DNA of 63,026 bases, filler included, from Sphacelaria rigidula (taxonomy: Eukaryota): NCBI GenBank assembly GCA_964200075.2. It is 9 parts of 9 records of this genome, joined end to end, with 100 filler letters (N's around TTAATTAATTAA, not from the genome) between each part and the next. Parts side by side here need not be neighbours in the genome. Positions count along the whole stretch, not along the records: positions 7,016 to 13,929 come from CAXNAA020017428.1; positions 14,030 to 20,943 come from CAXNAA020017429.1; positions 21,044 to 27,957 come from CAXNAA020017430.1; 6 more parts are not named here. One strand, given 5' to 3'. Below the pieces are notes generated by a model. It searched no databases and was not told the DNA's origin. It was given only the letters and a program-made list of their open reading frames with translations. A program made the translations under genes and the position numbers. Within the stretch, counting starts at the first letter, position 1. Each line of letters starts with the position of its first letter. Positions 11,764 through 24,300 of the stretch are shown piece by piece.

Positions 11764-13324
11764 GTTGGATGACTCGAACGCAACCATGTGATGAAGTTTC
11801 GGGAAGGAAACACGTGCTCACGGTGGACTTCTGCTCCTCCTGGGCATCTACATTAGCTTTTCGAATAAGCATACCATGTGCAGTACGTGTTACGGCTGGC
11901 CAGCTAATCGGCTGCCTGAATAGTTCTCAGCCTACCAATTCTCTTACCTATTTTTCCCTCGCAATACAGAAAGGGGAAAGGTTGCCCATCTGGCGCTTGT
12001 ATGTGTACGTGAAGCACGCACATAGCTTTTGTGTGCTGAGTGAGCTTTGTACATCTTCATCTATGTTCTGTGCCTGGCTGCACCGTAGCATCCAGTGTGA
12101 CATTTCGATTTGTGTGCTGCCGTTAGCACACGCGAAGCATGTTCCCAATTCCACGCCTCTCTGTTGATTGTTGCCATAAACTACCGAAGTTGGTCCTTGT
12201 AATTGTTTAGTTCAAGGGTGATGAATATTTCCCTCACCAAGATTCGCACCTGCCGGCAGTGGTTCGCACTCGTCCGGTCCCTTTATGATGTGTTTTCACC
12301 CACCCACCCCCACCTCTCTCTGGTCGCGTAGGCGGTCATATTCAATTCGTTTAATAGGCACCCCTTTACCTTTGTGAAAGTAGCTGACAACAATAGTAGT
12401 GGTCATGCTCTAGCTGTTTTGATCGCGGTGGATGCAATGACGGGGCTCCATATGTTGTTCTTATCGTTCAGTTGTGTGCTTTCACGTTTCCGATTTTTCT
12501 GGTTATGATGTTGCAACGCTGAGGTCGCGTCAGATTCGTCTCGAAAATCGGTATCGTCGGAAATTCATACGATCGGACAATTACGACCCACGTTAACGTC
12601 CACTTTTTTTACTCAAAGACGTAATTAGGAAAGTCAGCACGGGGGCACACAACGAAGATCGAGTTTGAAAGAAGGCATTTTATGTCGGGTACGGTCCCGA
12701 CGAGGCTATGCGCGGAACCCAGTGTGGATGGCAAACCAGGAGTTGTAAGGATTTTGTCCTTGTCTTGTGTGTGTATGTGTTTCGTTTAGCCATGTCACGG
12801 CTGTCGTGAAACGGACATGGTACTACGAGTACAGTGGAGCTCTCGCAAGCCTGTCACGTGTTGGAAATCAGAGATTCGGTTACGTGTTCGGCACTGTGTG
12901 AAATGGACAGAAGTCCATTCGTTCCAAGCGGATGTGGATGACGTCAGCCGTCGACCAAGGAGTTTCGGCCAACCAGGTTTTTCCGAGTTTTTTCAGGGCC
13001 ATCAGAAACAAGGCGCATTCCGTTTTATCTCCAAGTCTGATCGTGGTGAGGCTTTCGTGTGCTTTCGTGTGTGCCTCCGGTCTAGTGTTTCGGTTTCCAA
13101 TCGTCGTCCACGAGTCGTTTGCCCGTACTGTCTTCACTTACATGTGTAGTTAGACGTGAAAGTAGTGCATCCACACACCATTGAATTTTTTAGTAGTGCA
13201 AGTTTTGAAATTGTTGATTTTCAAAATATCTTTTTGACTCATGAGCTGCATGGATGCAAACATTACTGAAATGCTTGCTGGTGGTTGACACGTTGGTAGT
13301 CAAGGAAAGGAGGGAGGAGGGGGG

Positions 13325-13800
13325 GGGGTTGTACTAATGATGTTGCATGCCGTAGTCATCAGACCATTGACCTTGCATCCCTATAAAGCCGGCACGGAGC
13401 ACGCCAGCTTTTCGCCGGACCAGGCTCGGAATCTGTCACCACGCGCAAAGCGCCGTGACGTGTTCGGCGAGTCGCATGAAGGATGAGCTACATACTGCTC
13501 AGATTGCTCGACCCGAAGCGTACCGAGCATCTTGCATGAGGATGGGAGCGTAGAATGAGTTGCTTCATTTTCTGGCATCGCCACTCTTAGAGACAGCCAC
13601 GAGTCACACTGCCTCATGGGTTTCTCACCTTGTAAACACTGCGAAGTACGATCATCCCATTTGCGCTGAGTCGAGGTTCTCCACCCCGCACGACGTGATC
13701 TCACTCGACTTCCCATCACGGTGGACGCAGAAAAAGCGCAAGCGAGAAGTGAAAAACGGTGATCTAAACACCTATCTAATGCAGTGAGTGGCGTGCTTCT
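13325..13800 (-). repeat. Unclassified dispersed repeat family A (longest copy)
   Basis: Homologous to 18285-18580, 39985-40290, 58815-59295 and 60540-60830, and to fragments at 1-28, 7236-7280, 48930-48999 and 55640-55725. Fixed end GCATGATCATGAGTACACCCC. Confidence 0.9.
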
Positions 13801-13929
13801 ACAGCGTGGTTGCTAACCGACGCCAACCCTTAGGGGGGAGGGGGGGGGGGGGGGGGACATTTGATACCATCGATGGGTGGGGGTAGCGTTGCCGTATCAT
13901 GTGGGGGTTAGGGGGGGGTTTCTGGAGGA

Positions 13930-14029
13930 NNNNNNNNNNNNNNNNNNNNNNNNNNNNNNNNNNNNNNNNNNNNTTAATTAATTAANNNNNNNNNNNNNNN
14001 NNNNNNNNNNNNNNNNNNNNNNNNNNNNN
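13930..14029. other. Artificial contig spacer
   Basis: N44-TTAATTAATTAA-N44. Confidence 0.99.
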
Positions 14030-16243
14030 TCCGGGTTCTCATCCTCAATCAAAAGCACCATCCTCAACATAGATGATTGGCTGTTTTAGGGGGTGTTCGG
14101 TAGGGTGTGAGTGTATTTTCAAATCTTACACAACTGACGAGTACCGGGATGAAATTCATACTTCGAGAGTATAAATATTTCGTTTTCACAAGAGGAGCAT
14201 AGTGGAGGATCAGAACGAAGCGGGATCTGAGGGTTGCGGATCGGGCCGAATTTCTATAATATGTAATTTTTAGCCAGCCGGATTGCAGTCAAGTACGAAT
14301 TCGAGTATGCATAAGCGGATTTACATTATTGTACTGGTCGACGGAGGAAAGAACAAAACAGCTGTCACTTGGCTGTCATGATAATTTAGATATAATCTAC
14401 CACAGTTCGGGCGAATCATTGTCGGTTCGAATAGCCAAATCCACGGTTTCGTAGGCCTGATTTCTTGGAAGAGAGAAAAAAGTCGACCGCTGGTCAAACA
14501 GGTCTCCACGCAACTTTTGCATCATTCCACGTGCCTGGGCCACGCGTAGCTGGTTTGCAACGCTGAAAACAAAACCTAAGGATTGATTCGTATCGTACGA
14601 ATCGATTACACTAAAATCAAACAACTTCCAAACGAATCATCAGCTCGTCCCACCCTGGGAACCTACGGACAGTGCAGTACAGTAAGACAGGAAGTTCACT
14701 AACGTTCACTGTTCTCAACGAAGCACCTCCGGCTTCTCCATGGTGTTTGTAATGGAGACGCACAGTACAATGGGAGAGCACACTCAGCATAAAACATACA
14801 CATTTGGCTGAAGGCTTACAAGAGGGAAGCCAGAAGAGAGAGAGAAAGGGAGAGACAGCAACAAACAGTAGGACACAGCAATGACAGCAGACCCCAGACG
14901 CCTTGCCTTGGATTGCCGACGTCAAATATGCACAAGAGGGAAGGCCCGCTCTGTACACATTACACAAAGTCTTGGTTGTATACTAAGAAGAGGCGAGGCA
15001 GGAAAGACAGGAGAAATACCAACACAGACAGCGATGACAATAATAGATGCGGACTCCTTGCGGATTTTTGACTACGGTCAGGCTCACCTTCTTACCGATT
15101 TTCTGGTCGGTCTATCCTTGGTATCTGACCTATCCGCTCTCCGGGCGAAACTTCACGACGTGACGACCGGATTTGAGTTCGATCGTAGTAGGGTTGGTGC
15201 GAAGAGTGAACGTCTCCACTGCCCTTGTACTCTTCGATTAGGGGAACCCGCACGCTCGCCGTTGTGTCGACATGGAGACTCAGATTAGTTTAGATCAAGC
15301 GCGTGCCCGATGGCCAATAGCTCGATCACGTACTTTAACACCCGCTACACCTCAACCCGGACGGCGTCGGCACGCACAAGCGAAGACAGAGAAGAAAGCA
15401 GCAATGAAGCTGAGCTTTCTTGAGGGTGTTATAGTGATTCGGAGAGCCGGTTGACGCGTGTGATGCCTCCAACCTACAAAAAAGCCTCGATTAAATTTGC
15501 GACGGTCAAGTCTGAGAAGTTCAATCAAGACTCGCTCTGGTCAAAACGGGTCGAAATGAGGGTATACTCGAGTGAGTCCAGAGACAGAAGCGAAACACAA
15601 CGCCATGAGCAACAATGAAGATGAAACTTGTTGAGGGCGTGTAGAAGGAAGTTAGAAGAGCGATGGGGTGGTTTTTTTCGCGCAGCGCAGCTTCAAATTA
15701 ATTTGCGGGAAAAAAAGTGCGTGGTTCGGAGCTTCATAATGAGGCCCGGACGGACGGACAGGACGGACAGGACGGACGTCCAACGTTTTTATTTCCAATT
15801 TTTAATTCCCTAGCGAATTAGGGCAGTTGTTGGGGGAAATTTGAATAAATCATCGACTGTGAAGCATTGTACCATGAAAACGTCAATCTTTTATATAACT
15901 TGACCCCACCAGACCGTTTAAGGCCTCTCTCAGGGTGTCACCATGTGGCTAGTTCTTCTGTCCGTGGTGTCAACACGCTAGATGTTTCAGGCAGCTCGTC
16001 AAATAAGTTCGAGTCCTCATCACGGACCGCTTTGGGGATTTCAATGTCGGCCCCACGTTTTGTGTTGGGAAGAGCCGAAAACGGTGTGCTTATCACCTCT
16101 TCTACTCCATCCCTTTTTCGAATGCACTCCTCCTGTGGGATGACGATGTACCACCGTGTTGTGATGTTCCTCTACTATGCAGTAATGTACGGAAGTGCTA
16201 TCACGCTGTCTTGCCAGTCAGAACACCTACGCGCACTTTGTTA

Positions 16244-16561
16244 ACGCAGGGTCATCAAAGAACGCCAAAGGAGCGACCGAATACGCTCCCTCTTCGCCGC
16301 CTTCAAAAAGGCATATTTTCTTTTCCACTGTTCACTTACCGATCAGTAAAGCACGCCTTGAAAAAATCGCTTTGCGTGAAAGCTGTAAAAAGTAACCGAA
16401 GTTCACGCAGGGTCATAAAAGAACGCCAAAGGAGCGACCGAATACGCTCCCTCTTCGCCGCCTTCAGAAAGGGATATTTTCTTTTCCACTTTTCACTCAC
16501 CGATCAGTGAAGCACGCCTTGAGAAAATCGCTTTGCGTGAAAGCTGTAAAAAGCAACCGAA
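16244..16561. repeat. Tandem duplication, 161-bp unit x2
   Basis: ACGCAGGGTCAT.AAAGAACGCCAAAGGAGCGACC starts at 16244 and at 16405. Confidence 0.95.
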
Positions 16562-17979
16562 TATCGTCGACGAAACAACGCATCAAGATAAGCACACTTA
16601 TCTAAACCAGTCCGAAAATGGCCAATGGTAAATAACATCCCTCCGGGACGGGTGTTTCCTCGTGCCCTGCATCACCACGCACACCTCGCCTGGATCCGAC
16701 TCCATCAATATTTTATGCTGTATACTTTCATGGGTCACCGATGAAAAATTGGACTTCCCATGAGTTTTTGTAGTACACTAGATCTTAACACAAAAAACTC
16801 AAGAACGTGGCCTGGACGACCACGGAAGTTCCTCCTCCCTCGCTCAGCGTGGTTTGTGAAGATGGGCTTTTTTCGTCGGCTAGCGTTGAGTACTCCAGTC
16901 AACAATCTACGCACAAGGTTTGTTGGTAGTATTCAAGAGCTCTGCGTAAGGCCACCACATCTGCGATTTGTTTTTGCCAGTTGCACCCTTCGCCGCTGGG
17001 GTGGATCATGCATGTGTTGTATCTGCATGATTGTCACGTGAAGAATGTATGAGAACTTCGATTACTCACCCTGGCTGTGACAGGGGATATTTTGTGAATT
17101 CCTCTCTTCACGCGATGATCGGCCCGGGATTATAAACCTGGGGCCTCATGGTCACCAAGCGACTACAGTCACGTGCAGTTGCCGCCTATTCGAAAAGGTG
17201 ATGCGCCGTTTACCAACAGTGGTGGTGAAGTGCTCTTCCAGGGTGGTGTCTACATGTTGCATGTAGATCAACCGTCATTATATACCCGTCTCTCCGACAG
17301 CCGGACAGAAAACACAACACGCAGATTTTGCGGAAACGATTTCCGATTTAAGCCGCCCAAGCCCAACAATAACAGAAGGTGCTACATTCAAGTAACTGGA
17401 AAACGACATGATTGTCGAGCTTACATTATCCTCCGGCCGCGCGGTACAGCAATCGGAGAGATATTTCTCGAGCTGCGCGTGCCGTCGTCGCTTGTGGAGG
17501 GCATGAGAGCTGCACACGCATAAATGATGGAACCACGCGATTTGGGGGGCTAACTCATTTCACGCCGGGTAATACCGTGACAGAGATTGTGCGCGCCGCT
17601 ATCCTGCGCGCAAGCTCGGATGGAAACGCCCACACACCGGAACTATCTGTACCGATGAAAATCTTCCGTTAGTATGCCCTCTTGCGAATGTGAAAAGGTC
17701 AATAGTACTGCACTCTAGAATTGTGTGCCCCCTCGTCTAGCTGTTGGTCATTTCCCATACTATGGAGTCTATCCACTCCACTGCTCCCCTGGGCTGCGCG
17801 TCAGGTACCAGCGCTACCCTTGCTGTAACTCCGGTGGCCTCCTGCAAAGGTTTGGAGAGAGAAAACATCAAATACACGGAATGTCGAGGAATTTTATAAT
17901 GCACAACAGGGGGAATTGGAAGGTTGGAAGGAGGCTAACGAAGGTTTCGAAATGAGACAACTTGAGCGTTACAGGCTCC

Positions 17980-18235
17980 GGGAGGGTGTACATGCCTTCG
18001 TCGTTTGGCCATTGACCACGCATCACTTTCGAGATGAGCACCGTTCCCACTCCTAATAGAGACGTCAACATTTTGGCGCCCATTACGCTTCTTTTATACA
18101 GTGCACAAAAACAAATACGTAACCCATCCCTTTCCTGTTTTGCTGTCTGTGGCCACCATTATCTCGTAGTATAGCCATCGTTTTCTCGCCATCTAATGCA
18201 TCGACAATTCCATGCCAACTTCGTTTACTTCCCAC
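17980..18235 (-). repeat. Unclassified dispersed repeat family B
   Basis: Homologous to 55222-55362, 55740-55950, 58730-58805, 7022-7082, 28058-28115, 2388-2440 and 42086-42155. Fixed end GCAAGCAACAAATGAGTACGCCCCC in the intact copies. Confidence 0.85.
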
Positions 18236-18284
18236 ATGCCCCCCTCTGACATGTCTCGCTCTTCCTTGTACGGGAGGGCGGGGG

Positions 18285-18580
18285 GGGACTCATGAACATG
18301 CATGCCATCATCTTAGATAAAGACTATTGACCTCACATCCCTACAGAGCCGGGACGGGTTACGCCGGATTTTCGTTGGACCAGGCTCGCAATCTCTCATC
18401 AAGCGCAAAGCACCGTGATGTGTTCGGCGAGTCGCACGAAGGGTGAGCTGCATCCAGCTAAGATTGCTCGGCGCAATGCGCACTGATTATCTTGCATTTG
18501 GACGACAGCCTACAATGAGTTGCTTCATGTTCTGGTATCGCCGCTTGCAGAGGCAGGCGTGGGTTACACATTGCTTCATG
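18285..18580 (-). repeat. Repeat family A copy
   Basis: Shares GTGTTCGGCGAGTCGCA.GAAGG.TGAGCT and AATGAGTTGCTTCAT with 13325-13800. Confidence 0.85.
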
Positions 18581-18872
18581 AATTTCTTCCTGTTAATCTT
18601 CTTCTCCTTCTCGCTATTGTTTTTCTGTCGACATTTCAATATCATATTGTTTTCTTCGTATACTCTGTTCCCCGTCCTCCAAGGAAGGCCATGACCGGTT
18701 TTGCCGATACGGCGTGGGAAGGGTCTCTCCGGCGGGTGTAGAGCTGGAATCCCCTTCAAGGAGTGGTTCGTTCTCACTACTACCCTTAGCCAACGCCGGG
18801 TGTGGTGGTAGAGTTGGGTCAGCATGGTGCTCATCAGGCACAACCAACCCTGTTGTAATGCAGCAGTATAGT

Positions 18873-19789
18873 GAGGCTTTAGTTCCGTATGCGCGCATAA
18901 AGATTAGCTAAATTTGGTGGGGTTGAGCTTAAATACGGCTTTTCATCGCAAAGGTTATAATTAGGTTAATATGCTTGAAATGAGCTTGATCTGCTTGAAA
19001 CACGCATATAATGCGCATGAAACACGCATAAAGTTGCGATATGTATTTTTTGCGCCTCCTGCAGCCAGCTGCCCGAAGGTGTTCCATGTGGCGTGACTCG
19101 TCACCAGACAGGCCGGCAGGCTTCAGGCTTCAGTGGTTCAAACTTCCACGGTCGTGTTTTGTGTTCCTATTATGTAGCGGGTCTGATCAGCAAAAAAATC
19201 CGTCTTATCATCTTCATAAATGGTACTATCCTATGTTGTCTTCAAAAATGTGACCGAGACTAGTAGACTTGTACAGCGTCAACCGATACCGGTGGTTCGA
19301 CATGATTTTCACTGTCGACGACGGTAGATGATGGGGGAGAGACGTCGTAGCTTGTAGCTTGTAGCTTGCCGGGCGAGAGGCTAACAGCTGCAATACCCCG
19401 CGTCCAGAGACTACAATGCCCTACCGCTTATCATGTTTCATAAGTGTAGTGGCATTTATTTGTTGTTTTCGTACGTGGGTTAGGGTGTAGGTGTGCAGGT
19501 TGTGGCCTTCAAACTCAATGACTGATAAAATGCTTTATTTTTATACTAAAAAATGGCATTCAAACTTCGAATGCCCAACTAGTCGCCTTGTCTTCATGCT
19601 ACAAGGCGCGCCTCGTAAAGGGATACTGCCACGACGCCACAACAAGGACAGGAATAAGGCGCATAAAGCGCGCCTAGTTTGCGCTAAAAAGGCTTCAAAT
19701 TGGGCTTCAAAACACATTTAAAGCTTATAAAAAATATGATGAGCTTAATTTAAAGAAAAAAACGCGCATACGGAACTAAATAAAGCCGA
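18873..19789. mobile_element. hAT-like non-autonomous element (917 bp)
   Basis: TIR GGCTTTAGTTCCGTATGCGCG / CGCGCATACGGAACTAAA(TAAA)GCC. Identical 8-bp flanks AGTATAGT at 18865-18872 and 19790-19797. GCATA-rich subtermini. Confidence 0.7.
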
Positions 19790-20378
19790 AGTATAGTATG
19801 TCAACACCCTGAGTGCGGGCATGTTGGGATTCGGTGTGTGCGCGGAGCAGATGCACACACCGCTGTCGAAAGCTGGCACGCACACCTTAGGGGTGGCCGG
19901 TGTGTAGACTGGTTTCGGCGACAAGGATGGAGAAGCGGTCGTCGACGGATGGGTTAGGTGTGGTTGACCCCTCCTGAATGAGACACTTACTGCAGATAAG
20001 CACCAGAGTGCACAACGAAGGACGAAATGTTTCATCACGAAAGGAAGCAGAAGGGGCATTATTTGGGAGCATGAACACCGGCGAGGATGGGCGGTTGGGT
20101 TGGCCATGGACGCTGATGAAGACAGATGGGGGCATCAGGAGGTCAACTTCGAAGAGGAATTTGCAGCGGAGAAGAGTAGAGCTGGAGGTCAAATTCGTCA
20201 AGGGCGGAATATAATTTTTTTGTTAGGCTTTTGATATAGCTGTTGTGGGTACTACATACACATGGTATCCCATGTTTTCATGGTCGAATATGGAACACTC
20301 TCACACCATGGACAAAAGATTCTATTGTAAAAAAGTGTACTGCGTACAGTATGGAATCTATTGTCTCTTGCAATAGGC

Positions 20379-20550
20379 GCAATAGTCGATACTGTACGCA
20401 GTACACTTGTTGACTGTGTATTCTATCGAATAGGGTATGCACTCTGAACAGATTATGTTTAGTGCAATAGTCGATACTGTACGCAGTACACTTGTTGACT
20501 GTGTATTCTATCGATTAGGGTATGCACTCTGAACAGATTATGTTTAGTGC
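20379..20550. repeat. Tandem duplication, 85-bp unit x2
   Basis: GCAATAGTCGATACTGTACGCAGTACAC starts at 20379 and at 20464. Confidence 0.95.
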
Positions 20551-20943
20551 TGATAGCACTGCAGTGGTGCTTCACTTTGTTGTGTCATAGTGCTCTCTTC
20601 TCCTCCTCCGGCCTCGGCCCGAGCGCTGAGGCCGGTTCGGGCTGGCTGACGGCAGCGGCCCAAGGAAAGAGGCAGCAACTTGGCTAGTACGGAGTATCTG
20701 TGATATCTACTATCAATCTACTTCGTACCACGCCCGTGCGGTAGCTGGGTTACTTCTCATCCCACGTACCCCTGCTCGTGCAAGGCATACGGTGTTTATC
20801 ACCCGTGATACAGTCGGTACCTTCCCCGGTCGTAGACCCGAACCGCCGTCACCGGGTATAGGCCAGCTAAGGCAGAGATCCCTGGAAGAGTACAACACTC
20901 GGCTTGTGCGGTGATTAACTCCTACTACAGTATCTAAGTGCTA

Positions 20944-21043
20944 NNNNNNNNNNNNNNNNNNNNNNNNNNNNNNNNNNNNNNNNNNNNTTAATTAATTAAN
21001 NNNNNNNNNNNNNNNNNNNNNNNNNNNNNNNNNNNNNNNNNNN
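20944..21043. other. Artificial contig spacer
   Basis: N44-TTAATTAATTAA-N44. Confidence 0.99.
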
Positions 21044-21350
21044 AATATCCGATTGAGCGGGTACGGTAGGTGTTGAAATATCGCAATACCGTAGTATCAT
21101 AGGTATCATAGGTACGGCATTTCAAAATACCCGATTGAGCGGGTACAGTGGGTGATGAAATTTAGAAATATGCTGGTATCGTAGGTATCGTTGGTACGAT
21201 TTCGAAAATACCCGATTGGGCGGGTATGAAAGGTATGGAAACCTCGAAATACCGCGGTATCGTGGGTGTCATAAACATGATATTTGTAAATACACGATTG
21301 GACCCGTATCAGTAGGGTGTGCGATGTTCCAAATACCGGTACCGGGTACT
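21044..21350. repeat. Degenerate ~82-bp minisatellite (about 4 units)
   Basis: AATAC(C)CGATTG(A/G)GCGGGTA recurs at ~21045, 21127, 21208 and 21289. Confidence 0.85.
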
Positions 21351-24300
21351 GGCATCTACGAATAACCCAGGGTACCTGTTGTGCAGTCTTCAGCCTCATC
21401 ACATACATTAAAACTGGAACACCCATAGCTGCCCGTAACTACAGCGTGACTATAGGCACCGCGCGTGTGTGTAGTGTGTTGAGTGCTAATTTTTAATAGC
21501 AGAAGATCGTCGACCTCGCACATCGCACACTCGCGAGCACCTGTGATATAGGCCGCATGACGCACCTCCCCACCTAGGAGGGAGGCTTCGAGGGGTAGCG
21601 GCCTCTGTACTATACAGTACAGTATATTTACACTGTACAGACAGTACAGTATGTTTACAGATCGTATGAAAAAAAACTAACCCTACTCCCTACTGTATAT
21701 GTTTCTTTGTATATACTACAGTATATCCAGACGCGAGTATCATATGCTGTACACGCGGTCGGTTTGACGCGATAGCGCCCCCTTGTACAAAGCAAGTGCG
21801 GTACCTCCAAATAAGACTGCCTTCACGCAACTGTAGAGTGCTACACATTACTTACTGCACCATGTGCCAAAACGGGTCCAACCTCCAAGCGTGAGTTAGT
21901 TTGATGGCAACGACACCTCTAAGCAGGGCACACATGACCTCACTATGCACAGATACGCCAGAGGCTTGTCCTCACCTGATTGCGGTATTTGTTCGCAGGC
22001 GTCGAACCCTATTTGGCCACCGTCTCCTAGCACAGATCAACATGAGCTGCGGCCGCCTCTACGACCGCGCCACCCTTCACACTAGCGTCCGGCCCTGGTG
22101 TCGGCCCATTGTGTAGCGCAGCCTCGCGCCGACAGTCGCTGCAGCCTCGTGAGCGAACTCTCGAGGATTGTGTGCGAAGTGTACGCAAACCTCCAATATC
22201 CGGTCCGCCACAGCAGTCACATCTCCGTAGAGGTGGGTGTCAACCGAAATGCGCACTGGATGGATACTCGTGATGCGGGCTCGCGTGTTGCGCTATTACG
22301 TTGTATACCAGATGAGGTATGCGGGTAGTGCGAAGCTCAGGCATCACTGAAGATACAGACACCCAGCAACACATGCTTTTTGGTTTATGTAATCTATGGT
22401 TGATTTCAGGTGACGAAAATGAGCTTTCATGCTAGACGACTAGAGCAGTCTTAGATAGTCTTAGGGAACCGTAACAAAAGTGATCATTTTGACGACCGTG
22501 ATTGGTCGGAATGGTCATACCACGTCTCTCAAGCCCCTTGCACAGCCCATAATGTTCCGCGGGAAACTTCCAAACACGCATGGTTGACTCCGTGAGCTTC
22601 GGCGGTGTTCTGCGTACAGACACGCCCCACCCTAAAAAAAACACCCCCCCGACCACTGGAAACCCCTGGATGCCTCGGGACCGTCCGCCTGCACAACTGG
22701 TCCGAGGCGACGCTCGTCGTCTCAGGGTTAAATCCGTTTTCAGGCTGGCCCAGCTCGTATGCATGATCCAGATGGACTACACTCGCAGCCAAGGGAGTGA
22801 AAAAAGCGTTTGGAGATGTGCGGTCCCCGGTCAAGATCCTGATTTCGGTATCCGCACCAAAACCAAGTCGGAAAGTCCCACATCCACCAAGTAAGTGGTG
22901 AACTGTATTGCATGGGCGCCAGAACATTTTATTGGCCTAAATCACGTGCAGCGTAGATTTGTTGGAGGGCCATTTATTTGCGGGTTGTCGCAAAAAACAA
23001 GAAGAGAGGGATGCTACGGTAGGGATACTGTACAAAAATATTATCCGAGGTTAGAAATGTTGGGAGCCCTTTATCTTATCCAAAACACGACTCATGAAAG
23101 TATGCGAGAGCACGCCAGGATTACTATTATTCCAATATGCTGGGGATATCCCAAATTAATCTGCAATCGGGGATGCCCTGACCCATATTCTTGCGCGTCT
23201 AGAATCATTAGGCTCTTGTGTCGTTCCGTTGCTCGTGGTCCAGTGTTCCCCCGGGAATGACCAATTATACCGCCCTTGGTGTAGCAACCAGACGAAATTT
23301 CGCGAAAAAAGTGCACCCCTACCGTAGCATTGCTCAAGAACGAGGTCGCATATTTTTCGCCGAGGGCGAAAGTAAAATGGGGGTGTTTTTTCGCCATGTT
23401 TCATGCATATGCAGGACACGTCATTCCTAATCAGCCTCATTGGTCGTTCTGGAGGTCCAGTCCCACAAGGGCATGAGTAGTCCATTTCGATCATGTTCAT
23501 GTTGTTGTTGATGTTGTTGTTGTTGTCTTCACTTTAAAAACCGTTCGAATATCTGCGCGGTACATTCGTACTGGGCATCTGATGATGCGGACGCCTTCCG
23601 TGGTCACAGGCTAGCAAGAACGAAAAAAAACAAAATAGACCCAAATGAAAACTCACAAAACGCGATTCAAGCAAAACAGGGATAAATGATGAAGAAGAAA
23701 GAGAATACGTATGACTAACCTCAGAAGATCCGGTGCCGCAGGTGGCCATTCAAACCTCAGAGGGTGGCACCCGGCTCTCCGACTCGACGCACGACGCCGA
23801 CTACGGGCGAGACTCAAGACCCCAAATACCGCCTACCAAAAAAGTAAGAATCGCAACGTTCCATCTTTCGACCTCTCGAGGGACAGCCATATACGTACAA
23901 CAAGCATACTAGGTGCATCCAGACAAGCACGGCATTGGATAGTTTTTTAAGTGAAATTGGTGCCGATTCAACTGATGATCTTCTCCCGCCGTCTAAAGGA
24001 TACCCCCCACTACTACTATCATAGACTCATGACCCGTTCATTTCGGGCCGTGACCGGCAGGCTCTGAGCTGCACGGGAAGGCCGTTTCGAAGTCCATTTC
24101 TCGAACGCGACGCTGGCGGTCAAAGCTTAGCCTTCACATGCTTGATACCGCGTTTACGAATAGGGTTAACTTGCACTTGCACGGTGTGTACAGGGCTCTG
24201 GGAGAGGGAGCGCGCGCACCGCACGACGAACACAAGATCATCCAACAAAATGAATTCGTCCCTGAAATCCTTCGCTTATTCTGCAACCGCAACCTGACGC

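Noticed and set aside
14134..14160. CTGACGA...GAAA hammerhead-ribozyme-like core
   Set aside because: Stem II does not pair and no stems I/III are evident.
20606..20645. GC-rich hairpin or pseudoknot
   Set aside because: The second stem has no connecting loop and is sterically implausible; no second copy was seen.
21044..21350. CRISPR-like periodic repeats
   Set aside because: The whole unit is repeated with degeneracy, there are no unique spacers or cas genes, and the context is eukaryotic.
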